DNA from: Octopus vulgaris
Taxonomy: Eukaryota
Reading direction: 5' to 3'
Assembly (NCBI GenBank): GCA_951406725.2
Contig: OX597826.1
Location: forward strand, 25,606,001 to 25,670,000
Length of the DNA: 64,000 nucleotides
Positions 1-9,916 of the stretch are shown one piece after another. The notes beneath the pieces are model-generated. The model did not search any database, was not told where the DNA came from, and saw nothing but the letters and a program-made list of their open reading frames with translations. Position 1 is the stretch's first letter. Each line of letters begins with the position of its first letter. Made by a program: the position numbers and the translations under genes.

Positions 1-108
1 ATGTTCCCTTTTGTCGAATCACTAAGTTACGGGGATGTAAACACTAAAACCGGTTGTCAAGCGGTGGCGAGGGACAAACATATACACTCACACACACGCG
101 CGAGCACA

Positions 109-169
<61 letters not shown>

Positions 170-1743
170 CTGTATGTATACAAAACAAAAAAAAATGTGT
201 ATTATATAGGCAGCAGTATGAAGTGCTCAGGTAGAGAACCCGAGATGCAAGATATAAATAATATTTAAGAGGAGAATTCAAGCAAGTTCAATCATTTATA
301 TAAACATATAGTCAGACATAAACCAATGTATATCAGTCATTAAAATATCAAAACATTAAAATTTTATGAATATATAAATATATAAAAATATAATATACAT
401 ATATGGATAGAAATATCAAACTGAGGTATACAAATGTTGATCTTTAAAATTATATATAAACATCTTAAACTACTATCCTGTTAATAGATTAAAAGCGTTG
501 TTAAAATCATTAAAGAATGAAAATATAAGTCCTTACGAAAAAGTGAATAAAAAAGTTGAAAGCATGGCGGTTGGAGTCTCCAAAGAACAGATATAGTTTA
601 AATAATTAGGTAGTAGTGTTCCAACGGCCGTTTCAGGGTTCAGCATGAAATAACCAGAAGAAGTCTAAATGAAAGAGAGACAATGACAGTGACCCGGCAG
701 AACGAATATATTCTTGCGCGCGCATGTGTTGGTGAGAATGGTGTATGTGAGTGTGTATGTGTGGATGGTGGTGAGTTTGTGAGTATGTATGGGTGAGCTG
801 AAAAATATGTAGACCTATGTGTGTGTGTGTGTATGTGTGTGTGTGTGCGTGTTTGTAAGTGACTCAGTGCGTACATTATGTGGTGTGATATGCGTTACAT
901 GTACTGGTATGTATGTGCGTGTGTATATGGATATACTTACTTTTTGTAAAGCCTGGTACTTACTCTTTCGGTATCTTTTGCCGGACAGCTACGTTATGGG
1001 GCCGTAAGCAAACAAGCAGCGGTTATCAAGCGGCGATGGGGGACAGGCACGTACACATACACACACGTACACTCGTACACGTATAAATGTGATGCTGTGT
1101 CATAATTAAACTGCATGATGTCCGTGGCAGTCCTTGAGTTTAGCGAATCCCTCGGGCCTCCACGATTATACAAGCTTATACGGCAGACCCAAAAGTGTCC
1201 CCCTCATAACACCTTCCCCACTAGTCACGCTGCTGTTCTGCTTTTATGGAAATAATCAAACAAATTATTTGCTGATGCGTCCTGATGTCTGTCAAATGGA
1301 TAATAAATCATCACGTGCACATAGAACAGCGAGGATAAAAACAATTGTATGCCTATTCAGCGATTGGCATATTCACGTCCGGGTCTACGGGAACATATTA
1401 AGAATGAATAACTAGGTAGATCAGTGCTTACCACGTTTATTTACATACACTTTGGTAAACTCCAAAGCGAAGTTGTCAGGTAATTGCCTGATTGTTCAGT
1501 TCAGCCGATCAAAGGTAATGTCAAGCTACCTCATTAATTCCTGCAACATCAATTTATGTTTTCTGTACCGCTTCGTTTAGAAAATAGATATTGACCAATC
1601 AGAATGTATTATTGCAGTTTAGCTGCTGTTCATTGATGTGACAGTAATTAATAGCCAATAGTTAGTAAACGATTGTGACTGAACAATGTCAAATTAAATG
1701 TGAGCCGCGATCTCAACATAATTTGTGCGTGTCTGTAAGCAAG

Positions 1744-1938
1744 AAATATGGAACTATGACGGTAGCAAAATAACGCTATGTAAAATTATGTAGGTGTGTG
1801 TATTTGCGACTGTGTGAAAAAGAGAGGGAAGACAAAGAAAAATATAGAAGACTGACAGTAGCAAGATACGCTATATGCATGTATTTGTAAAATTATGAGT
1901 GTATTTATTTGACTGACCGTATGCGAGAGCGACAAAAG

Positions 1939-1975
<37 letters not shown>

Positions 1976-2530
1976 GGAAGACTGACTGTAGCAAAACATG
2001 TTGTACATATGAATTTGTAAAGTTATGTGTTTCTGTATAATTTCATAATGTGTATAAGGGAGAGCAATGGAGGCGCAATGGCCCAGTGGTTAGGGCAGCG
2101 GACTCGCGGTCATAGGATCGCTGTTTCGATTCCCAGACCGGGTGTTGTGAGTGTTTATTGAGCGATAACACCTAAAGCTCCACGAGGCTCCGGCAGGGAA
2201 TGGTGGCGAACCCAGCTGTACTCTTTCACCACAACTTTCTCACACCCTCTCTTCCTGTTTCTGTTGTGCCTGTAATTCAAAGGGCCAGCCTTGTTACACT
2301 CTGTGTCACGCTGAATCTCCCTGAGAACTACGTTTAGGGTACACGTGTCTGTGGAGTGCTCAGCCACTTACACGTTAATTTCGCGAGCAGGCTGTTCCAT
2401 TGATCGGATCAACGGGAACCCTCGTCGTCGTAAGCGACGGAGTGCCAAAAATAAGGGAGCAAGTAACAAACTGAAATTATGGAGGACTGACAGTAGCATA
2501 ATACGTTATGTATAAGAATTGGTAAAATTA
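1744..2530. repeat. Degenerate ~110-bp tandem repeat (about 4 units), interrupted by the SINE
   Basis: AAATATGGAAGACTGACAGTAGCAAAA-like motif recurs near 1744, 1840, 1970 and 2476. Confidence 0.6.
2069..2450 (+). mobile_element. tRNA-derived SINE, family C (resembles octopus OR-type)
   Basis: A box TGGCCCAGTGG, B-box-like GTTTCGATTCC; imperfect TSD ATAAGGGAG..CAA; same head recurs at 41084-41377. Confidence 0.8.
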
Positions 2531-2741
2531 AAGATTCATTATGTTTCTCAGCGCAGATGTGCCTCCACAGGGTCTTAAATACCTGCGGTTCACGCCTACA
2601 ACTTTTTACGAACCTGTAGTTCACCTCTGGTGTTAAAATACTTCCCACCCATTGTCTGTGCAAACACAGAGATAAGTGTGTGAGTGACAGAGGCGTCTTC
2701 CTTCCTACTCGGAATTTTGGGCTAAATTTCTTTGTGTGTGT

Positions 2742-2789
<48 letters not shown>

Positions 2790-2850
2790 ACTCAGGCGTG
2801 CGTACTTGTGTGTGGATACACACACACACACACGCACATGGATATATACT

Positions 2851-3252
2851 GTTTTACTCTTTTACTTGTTTCAGTCATTTGACTGCGGCCATGCTGGAGC
2901 ACCGCCTTTAATCGAGCAACTCGACCCCGGGACTTATTCTTTTTGTAAGCCCAGTATTTATTTTATCGGTCTCTTTTGCCGAACCGCTAAGTAACGGGGA
3001 CATAAACACGCCAGCATCGGTTGTCAAGCAATGCTAGGGGGACAAATACAGACAAACAAACACACACACGCATATATATATACATATATACAACGGGCTT
3101 CTTTCAGTTTCCGTCTACCAAATCCACTCACAAGGCTTTGGTCGGCCCGAGGCTATAGTAGAAGACACTTGCCCAAGGTACCACGCAGTGGGACCGAACC
3201 CGGAACCATGTAGTTGGTAAACAAGCTACTTACTACACAGCCACTCCTGCGC
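2851..3252 (-). mobile_element. SINE family A (tRNA head, CORE-like ACCTTGGGCAAG, internal microsatellite, (GTAAAAGA)n tail)
   Basis: Full copy; further copies or fragments near 1-170, 950-1080, 15848-16200, 18603-19375, 19590-20000, 22465-22660, 34390-34740, 56180-56572, 57705-58080. Confidence 0.85.
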
Positions 3253-3257
3253 TGTGT

Positions 3258-3303
<46 letters not shown>

Positions 3304-3523
3304 CCCTTTAGTGTTCAGATTACTCTGTTAAATGTAATACTTTTTCACTCAAATTGTTTTGAATTAATCATGCATTATCTTATAGCTTTGAGGTTTCAAT
3401 GATGTGATTGTTTGTTTTTAGAATATCAATGTAGGTTAGGTGTGAGAGGCTAGATATTGCCCGTTTGAATGTAAAACATGTAGAATATCTGGGCCAGATA
3501 TGGCCGGTTTAAACACTAAAGGG
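3304..3523. mobile_element. piggyBac-like MITE
   Basis: TTAA-CCCTTTAGTGTT ... AACACTAAAGGG-TTAA. Confidence 0.8.
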
Positions 3524-3921
3524 TTAAACATACGCCTGCTCGCTTAGCCAGCGGGGTGGCGTCATTTGGAGGCTAAAACAATGCGAAGCGCATTGTGACC
3601 AGCGATGTGTAGCAACATCTGATAGCCTGGTCGGTCACGTGATCTGAGCTGAAACTAGAAAAAAAAATATATATATGTATGTACATATATAGTACATGTG
3701 CATACATCTCTCTCTCTCTCTCCCTCTCTGTCTCTCTCTCTATATATATGCGTGTGTTTGTACGTGTTTACATCCGAATACACGTAATTTATATATGTAT
3801 CAATGTTCTGCCTTCCATCAGTGACTCACAGCTCTGAAACAAATCTCTGCGCAAGTCAACAAACACACACACGCACACACACATACAGACACACACACAC
3901 ACACACACACATACAGACACA

Positions 3922-3981
<60 letters not shown>

Positions 3982-4452
3982 ACGGGCACTGTTCCAATCA
4001 GTGATTCAATGACTGACTAAATACTATTTTGCAATAGAAGACAGAATCTTTTGAAGATTTAAAGGTGGATTTTGCGGTTTGTCATTCCTCCTCTTATGTA
4101 TATTGTCTCTGTCTGTGCGTCTGACTGACTTTCTGTCTGTCTCTGTCTCTTTCTGTCTCTTTCTTTCTCTTCCTCTACCCATTTCTCTCTGTTTCTCTGC
4201 CCTGGTTTTTCTTTCCTACTTTGAATGTAAGTTCATGTATAAATGTATTTCTGTGTGTGCGTGTGTTTCTGTGTGTGTGTGTGTGTGTGTGTTTGTGTGT
4301 GCGTGCGTGTCCGTGTGTGCGTGTGTGTGTATGTGTACTTATGTCTGTGTATGTCTGTTGTGCGTACATGACTGTGGACGAATGCGTGTATGTGTACGTA
4401 TGCGTATGTGATATATTATGTATGCATGTATGAATCTGTGTATGTATATATA

Positions 4453-4498
<46 letters not shown>

Positions 4499-4556
4499 TA
4501 TACACATTCACAAATACATATATATATATACATACACGCACACATATATATATATC

Positions 4557-4595
<39 letters not shown>

Positions 4596-4744
4596 ATTGT
4601 ACTTATATATCCGCGACTGGCGCTCTCTAACGTGATAAGAGATTAAATGAGTAGAAAAATAGATGAGTGAATAAATAAATAGAGAAGAAAGGAAAGAAGG
4701 TGGTAATGAAAATATCAAAAACGTAGAGAGGAAAAGTTTAAGGA

Positions 4745-4745
4745 A

Positions 4746-4777
<32 letters not shown>

Positions 4778-4778
4778 A

Positions 4779-4851
<73 letters not shown>

Positions 4852-4864
4852 GGTGGTGGTGGTG

Positions 4865-4900
<36 letters not shown>

Positions 4901-4959
4901 AAAAGAAGAGGAAGAGGAAGACGAGAAGGAGGAGGAAGAAGAAGAAGAAGAATAATAAA

Positions 4960-4990
<31 letters not shown>

Positions 4991-5032
4991 AAGAAGAAGA
5001 AGAAGAAGAAGAAGAAGAAGAAGAAGAAGAAG
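4745..5032. repeat. Compound trinucleotide microsatellite (TAG)n(TGG)n(GAA)n
   Basis: Directly visible; explains the homopolymer ORFs. Confidence 0.95.
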
Positions 5033-5554
5033 AGTGGTGAAGGAATTGATGGAAACAAACTGAAAGAAAAACAAAGAGAAATGAAGTCACTTTTCTCTTG
5101 AGGAAAGAAAACGAGTAGACAAAAAGCTCATTCACCCGTACAACCGGTGGAATGGGGTGACGAAGTACGAGAGTGAACGAATGAAGATTAAAATAGAAAG
5201 AGAAACAAAGAAAAGTGGAGAGAATGAGAGGAAGGAGAACGAAAAGGCAACATAAAGTTAAAGTGAAGAGGCGGTGGAGTGCGTTGTGTGATAGGGAGTT
5301 TGGTTCCCTGCAACATGATTCCGGGTTCAGTCTCATTGCGTGGCACCTTGCCCAAGTGTTTTCTACAATATAATAAATAATACACACACACACACATACA
5401 TGCATATATGGGTAGATCCCCTTAGCATGCGCAGGCATTGCTGTGTGGTAAAAAAGCTTGCTTCTCATCCACATGGTTACGGGTTCAGTCCCACTGTGTG
5501 ATAAATGTCTTCTACTATAGCTCCGAGCCGACTAAAGCCTTGTGAGTTGGTTTG

Positions 5555-5831
5555 TGTGATAAGTGTGGTGAAAAGGAGCGTAACAGAACAAGGAAAAGAA
5601 TTAGAAGTGTAATTTGGTCTTACCTGTAGAGATGAAGCCGGATTCGCCTTGAGCCAACTTGCTAGCGTCTTGTCGTCTTGGCGTCGTTCTCGAGTCTGCC
5701 TGCCCTGGTCGATGCCGCACGTGCCTTCTGTCGCTGACTTCCGCTTCCGCCGGCGCATGCGCCCTGCGAGACCTGCAAGACCCACTTCCGCTCCCTCCCT
5801 CTCTGTCACACTCCCTCATCACCACACCACA
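5555..5831 (-). repeat. 3' LTR (277 bp)
   Basis: Copy of 9539-9815, preceded on the minus strand by a purine tract. Confidence 0.95.
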
Positions 5832-5841
5832 CGCCCCCCTG
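5832..5841 (-). other. Polypurine tract
   Basis: Minus strand CAGGGGGGCG immediately 5' of the 3' LTR. Confidence 0.75.
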
Positions 5842-5867
5842 ATATATAGATCATTGAACCGGCTTCC

Positions 5868-8780
5868 TCACTCGCTCCCGCACCTGAAACTGGTTTCGTA
5901 GTCAGCCAACCAGGGAGGAGGGTGCCGCTCCCTCTGTGGTCGCAGTGCGACCCTAGGACTTGTTTCTGGCGTGTTGCTGCCGACCTCGTCATCCTGTCTG
6001 TTGTTATCGTCTTGCCCACTGTTGCTTGTCCCATCCTCCGGGGCATGGACAATCCTCCGTATGTCCAAAACGTGGCGTGGCATACCATCTACCGAGATGT
6101 TATTCTTTGAATTTACGGAGGTTATTGTCCCCTTTCCCCATTGCGATGTACACCGTGCGTTCGGGGGTTTCACCCAGACTTCCTCCCCGACCTGCACGAA
6201 GGCGTGCTCTTCCTCTGCCCCGGGTCGCATTGATGTAGTACACGGATGCCTCCACTCGTACCTGAATATTGCCCTGTGTGGCGCCGACTCCTCGGCCTGT
6301 CCTGATCTGGGCGACATGTTGTACCAAAACACGGCCTCGACTGGTGAAATGTGACCCCTCTCAGCCATGGCCTTGATGGTACGATGATGCCTTTCCACCA
6401 CCCCGTTTCCACTTGGCCGGTATGCCGCCCTGAAGAAGCGGTTGACCTTCCACTCATCAAGCATTTCTCTCAGCGCCTCCGAGCGAAATGCAGTGCCGTT
6501 GTCCAGAAGCAGTTCATCCACGGGGCCTCGTTCCAGGAATATCTCGTTCAGCACTTTCACAATTTCTTCTGCGGTTCCTGACCTCATCTCCCTCCATATG
6601 GCGAACCGCCCCGGTCCGCAGTCAACCATTGAGAGGTATGTCCCCTGCCGGTAGTGTGTTATGTCCACCGCCAGTCGTCTCCAGTCCTGGTCCACTGGAA
6701 TACTTCCCGCTTCATGCACGACCGGAGCAGGGTCGATGGACTGGCACCTGTCACAACTGCTAACCACTCTCCGCACGCTCTGTCTTGTTACGTCGGAGTC
6801 GACTTTTCTGGCCAGGAACAACGTCCTGTCCACACCCATGTGATGCATGGTGTGCAGTCTCCGCAACTCCGAGTCGCTCAGATGGCATACTGCAGCTACA
6901 TCCTGCTTCGCGTCCTCTGGCACTTGCAACCAGGCTCGCTTAACCCTGGTCAGGACGTCTGCCCTGTTCTTCTCGGAAGGCACAAAGATCACGCTCAGCT
7001 TCAGATTGAACTCAGTGGTCAGTTCACGCAGTATCCCCAATCGACGCTTTACCAGCATCTCTGCAGCCCCTTTGGTCCGCACCCTCCGCTCATCGGTGAT
7101 GACTGCCGTCGCCCAACCAAGTACAGTGGCTGAATCAGTCCTGATTTCTATGGTGTGCAACCCCCACTTCAAGGCTAGGTTCACCCCCTTCAGCACGGCT
7201 TCCAACTCCGCCACGTTGATGTGACTGCAGTCATCCATCTTCCTGAGCCAGGCTGCATCTTCCACCGTGACACCTCCCACTTCCAAGACAATCCCTATTG
7301 CGATGCTACTGGCGTCACACCATACGATCCCGCTCTTTGATTTGGGAACGTACCAGCTGCCCCTCACCGGGTCCTCTGCTCTTACTCTGACCAGGACTTC
7401 CTGCATCATGTCGATCGTCCTCTCCCCCACTTTATCATTCCACTTCACTCCTTCGGCTCGTCTCTTGATGAAGCTGCATGCTGTCCGGAGCCAGCCTGCA
7501 ATCGGGTAGTGTCCCACCAGCTTCCCACACACAGAGAACAGCTCCCGTCTGCTCATGCTGGCGCCCAGTTCAGGGATCTCATTCCCTCGCCGGAACACCA
7601 AGGCGCCGGCTTTGTCTCTCCATAGCTTGAGGCCCAGTGCAGCACCTCCCTCCATAGCCTCTGGCGGCTTGGCGATCAGTCCAAAACTCTTCAGGTGGCC
7701 TATGACCTCCGTTGCTGGTATCACGGTTTCATCCACCAGAATGTCGTCGATGTATGAATTGGTGGCCCTTTTCACTCTGTCCACCTTCCCCAGGACGGCC
7801 TTGAGAATTGTTGCCATAATCTTCGGAGCTGAATTCAGCCCGAATCCCAACCTGGTCAGACAGTACGTCCGGCCCCTATACCTGACGAGCTGGTACCTCC
7901 ATAGTTTCTCAGCCACATGAACCTGAAGGTATGCCGACTTCAAATCGACAATCGTGGAGGCCCCCGCCGTCTGCCTCCACTCTCGCAAGGTGTCTCCGCA
8001 GACATCCGTGGCCTCGCCGCCTGTATGACACGACACGTGGTCATTCAGCTCTCGGAAGTCGAGCACTGGCCTGACCTTACGCTTTGTGGGCTGTATCACC
8101 GCCATCAGTGGCAGGACTCCGCTCTCTTCTTTTTCCCAGGGGATCAGTATGCCCTCCTTAATCCACCGCTCCACCTCCCCCTCGAACTCACTTCTGGCAT
8201 CTCCTTTTAGAGTATGCTGATAGCAGCCCACTTTGTTCTTTAACATCGGGGGCTCTCCCTTCCAGTCCCACTCCACTGTCCACCTCTCGCCATCAAAGAC
8301 AGCCCGAATATCCTGGTCTTCAATGGTGTGCGCCGCATCCATTTCCTCACGGTTGTCGTCGGTGCGTGGTGTCGCCCTACACGGCTTCCCTGCTAGCCCA
8401 AACGTTACGCCAGCCTCGTTGACGGTAACACCTCCCAGACGGGTGATCGCATCCATCCCCATCACCACGTCGATCTCGTCCACCAAGTGACCGACCACAA
8501 TCGCTCGCAACGTCAGCTGCAGTCCCTGCACCACGATCTGCGCATCCGTAACCCCTTCGCAGTGCACTTCTCTTCCGTCGACTGCCCTGACACTGCTTCC
8601 TCCACTCCACGTCTCTGCCACTTCTGTGGTCATCAGGGTCGTCGTACAGCCCGTGTCCACCAGGGCTCGCGACATCTTCCCCTTCACCAGAATGTCGACC
8701 ACAGGTAACGATGAGAAACGCGCCGCTACTAATCCAAAGGGACAACTACCGGCGCAGTAGTCTCCCGCGGTCCGTTTCCC
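5868..8780 (-). CDS. pol: Pol polyprotein (aspartic protease, RT, RNase H, DDE integrase), probably made as Gag-Pol by -1 frameshift
   Basis: ALVDTGC protease; LDFRELN, DLKSAY, FGLNSAP, YIDD (7743-7754) RT; CDASS, HINVAELEAV, RTDS, NRADVL RNase H; HH..CDRC zinc finger, LAVD, LLDNG, GNGVVER integrase; no internal stops. Confidence 0.95.
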   Translation of the reverse strand, partial: GKRTAGDYCAGSCPFGLVAARFSSLPVVDILVKGKMSRALVDTGCTTTLMTTEVAETWSGGSSVRAVDGREVHCEGVTDAQIVVQGLQLTLRAIVVGHLVDEIDVVMGMDAITRLGGVTVNEAGVTFGLAGKPCRATPRTDDNREEMDAAHTIEDQDIRAVFDGERWTVEWDWKGEPPMLKNKVGCYQHTLKGDARSEFEGEVERWIKEGILIPWEKEESGVLPLMAVIQPTKRKVRPVLDFRELNDHVSCHTGGEATDVCGDTLREWRQTAGASTIVDLKSAYLQVHVAEKLWRYQLVRYRGRTYCLTRLGFGLNSAPKIMATILKAVLGKVDRVKRATNSYIDDILVDETVIPATEVIGHLKSFGLIAKPPEAMEGGAALGLKLWRDKAGALVFRRGNEIPELGASMSRRELFSVCGKLVGHYPIAGWLRTACSFIKRRAEGVKWNDKVGERTIDMMQEVLVRVRAEDPVRGSWYVPKSKSGIVWCDASSIAIGIVLEVGGVTVEDAAWLRKMDDCSHINVAELEAVLKGVNLALKWGLHTIEIRTDSATVLGWATAVITDERRVRTKGAAEMLVKRRLGILRELTTEFNLKLSVIFVPSEKNRADVLTRVKRAWLQVPEDAKQDVAAVCHLSDSELRRLHTMHHMGVDRTLFLARKVDSDVTRQSVRRVVSSCDRCQSIDPAPVVHEAGSIPVDQDWRRLAVDITHYRQGTYLSMVDCGPGRFAIWREMRSGTAEEIVKVLNEIFLERGPVDELLLDNGTAFRSEALREMLDEWKVNRFFRAAYRPSGNGVVERHHRTIKAMAERGHISPVEAVFWYNMSPRSGQAEESAPHRAIFRYEWRHPCTTSMRPGAEEEHAFVQVGEEVWVKPPNARCTSQWGKGTITSVNSKNNISVDGMPRHVLDIRRIVHAPEDGTSNSGQDDNNRQDDEVGSNTPETSPRVALRPQRERHPPPWLADYETSFRCGSE
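8719..8780 (-). promoter_or_regulatory. -1 ribosomal frameshift signal: G_GGA_AAC + 7-nt spacer + H-type pseudoknot
   Basis: Heptamer 8780-8774 in gag frame; pol is -1 relative to gag; stem 1 GGGAGACUAC/GUAGUUGUCCC, loop UGCGCCG pairs with downstream CGGCGCG. Confidence 0.85.
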
Positions 8781-9484
8781 CGCAGACACTCGCTGGCCAC
8801 ATGCCCCGGCTCTCGGCACCGGTAGCAAATCACCTCGGGCTTGGGCGACGCGCAGTCACGGACCATGTGTGGGCCCTGGCACCGGAAACACTGTCCCTTA
8901 AACGACCGCACGCGTTCTTTCCCCAGCCCCTCTCCGTTGCTCCTAGCTGGGCCACTTTTCGACGTTGCAGTCGCTGCTACCGACGTCGACCTGCTGCACG
9001 ACACCAGTACACGTGCCCGCGATATAATCTCGGCCATCGGCATCGAACGCACGTTCGGGAGCTTCTGTAGCTCGACCGACATGATGTCGGGAAAGCCGGT
9101 CACGAACGCTAACCTGACCGTGCGTTCTAGCGACTCTCCCTCATATCCCGCAAGTTTTGCCAACCTTCTAAGCTCGCCGGCGAACACGTCCACCTGCTGT
9201 CCTGTCCACCTCATCCTACCCAGTCGAGTGTACGCTTCGAACATTCCTTCCGCGAAGGCCTCCATAAGTCGGATCTCCACCTTGTCCGCGCTGCGTTGGT
9301 CCGCTTCCTCCATCTCCAGATATAACGCCAACGCCGGGCCATCCAAATACAACGGCATAAAACTAGCCAGGTCAGCTATGCCGTGTAGCTTCGCCACCAA
9401 CTTCACCCTCCTCAACCAAGCGACCACGTCGGTGTCGCCGCAAAACGGTGTTATAGGGTCGCGTGAAATCATAGCAGTCTGCAT
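8729..9484 (-). CDS. gag: Gag, 251 aa, two C-terminal zinc knuckles
   Basis: ATG 54 nt after the 5' LTR; CFRCQGPHMVRDC (CX2CX3HX4C) and CYRCREPGHVASEC (CX2CX4HX4C). Confidence 0.92.
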   Translation of the reverse strand: MQTAMISRDPITPFCGDTDVVAWLRRVKLVAKLHGIADLASFMPLYLDGPALALYLEMEEADQRSADKVEIRLMEAFAEGMFEAYTRLGRMRWTGQQVDVFAGELRRLAKLAGYEGESLERTVRLAFVTGFPDIMSVELQKLPNVRSMPMAEIISRARVLVSCSRSTSVAATATSKSGPARSNGEGLGKERVRSFKGQCFRCQGPHMVRDCASPKPEVICYRCREPGHVASECLRGNGPRETTAPVVVPLD

Positions 9485-9526
9485 AATTTTTATTTTTTAT
9501 TTTCACGAAACCGAGTGATTATTTTC

Positions 9527-9538
9527 GCCGAAATAGCT
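9527..9538 (-). other. Non-canonical primer-binding site complementary to tRNA-Phe nt 1-12
   Basis: Plus strand GCCGAAATAGCT abuts the LTR edge and equals the 5' end of metazoan tRNA-Phe(GAA) (GCCGAAATAGCTCAG..., recalled sequence); no TGG-type PBS present. Confidence 0.8.
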
Positions 9539-9815
9539 TGTGATAAGTGTGGTGAAAAGGAGCGTAACAGAACAAGGAAAAGAATTAGAAGTGTAATTTG
9601 GTCTTACCTGTAGAGATGAAGCCGGATTCGCCTTGAGCCAACTTGCTAGCGTCTTGTCGTCTTGGCGTCGTTCTCGAGTCTGCCTGCCCTGGTCGATGCC
9701 GCACGTGCCTTCTGTCGCTGACTTCCGCTTCCGCCGGCGCATGCGCCCTGCGAGACCTGCAAGACCCACTTCCGCTCCCTCCCTCTCTGTCACACTCCCT
9801 CATCACCACACCACA
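9539..9815 (-). repeat. 5' LTR (277 bp)
   Basis: No difference from 5555-5831 found by eye; lies upstream of gag on the minus strand. Confidence 0.95.
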
Positions 9816-9870
9816 GTTTGGTAAGAATCTCGTTGTGTATATATATGTACATATTTGTGTGTATGTGTGT

Positions 9871-9916
<46 letters not shown>

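Larger units (their letters stand above)
5555..9815 (-). mobile_element. Full-length intact LTR retrotransposon, 4261 bp (Gypsy-like PR-RT-RH-IN order), inserted into a SINE
   Basis: Direct repeats 5555-5831 and 9539-9815 with TG...CA ends; 5-bp TSD GTTTG at 5550-5554 and 9816-9820; uninterrupted gag and pol ORFs between them; flanks rejoin into one SINE. Confidence 0.97.

Noticed and set aside
2069-2140. tRNA gene-like A/B boxes here and in many other repeats
   Set aside because: They run into SINE bodies; no cloverleaf end or terminator.
4416-5474. 352-aa ORF and overlapping homopolymer ORFs
   Set aside because: Translation of trinucleotide microsatellites and SINE sequence.
8841-9518. 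225-aa antisense ORF over gag and other ORFs antisense to pol
   Set aside because: Expected shadows of GC-rich coding sequence; no motifs.
9485-9815. Tf1/sushi-type self-priming
   Set aside because: No LTR segment complementary to the PBS region; the tRNA-Phe 5' match is exact.
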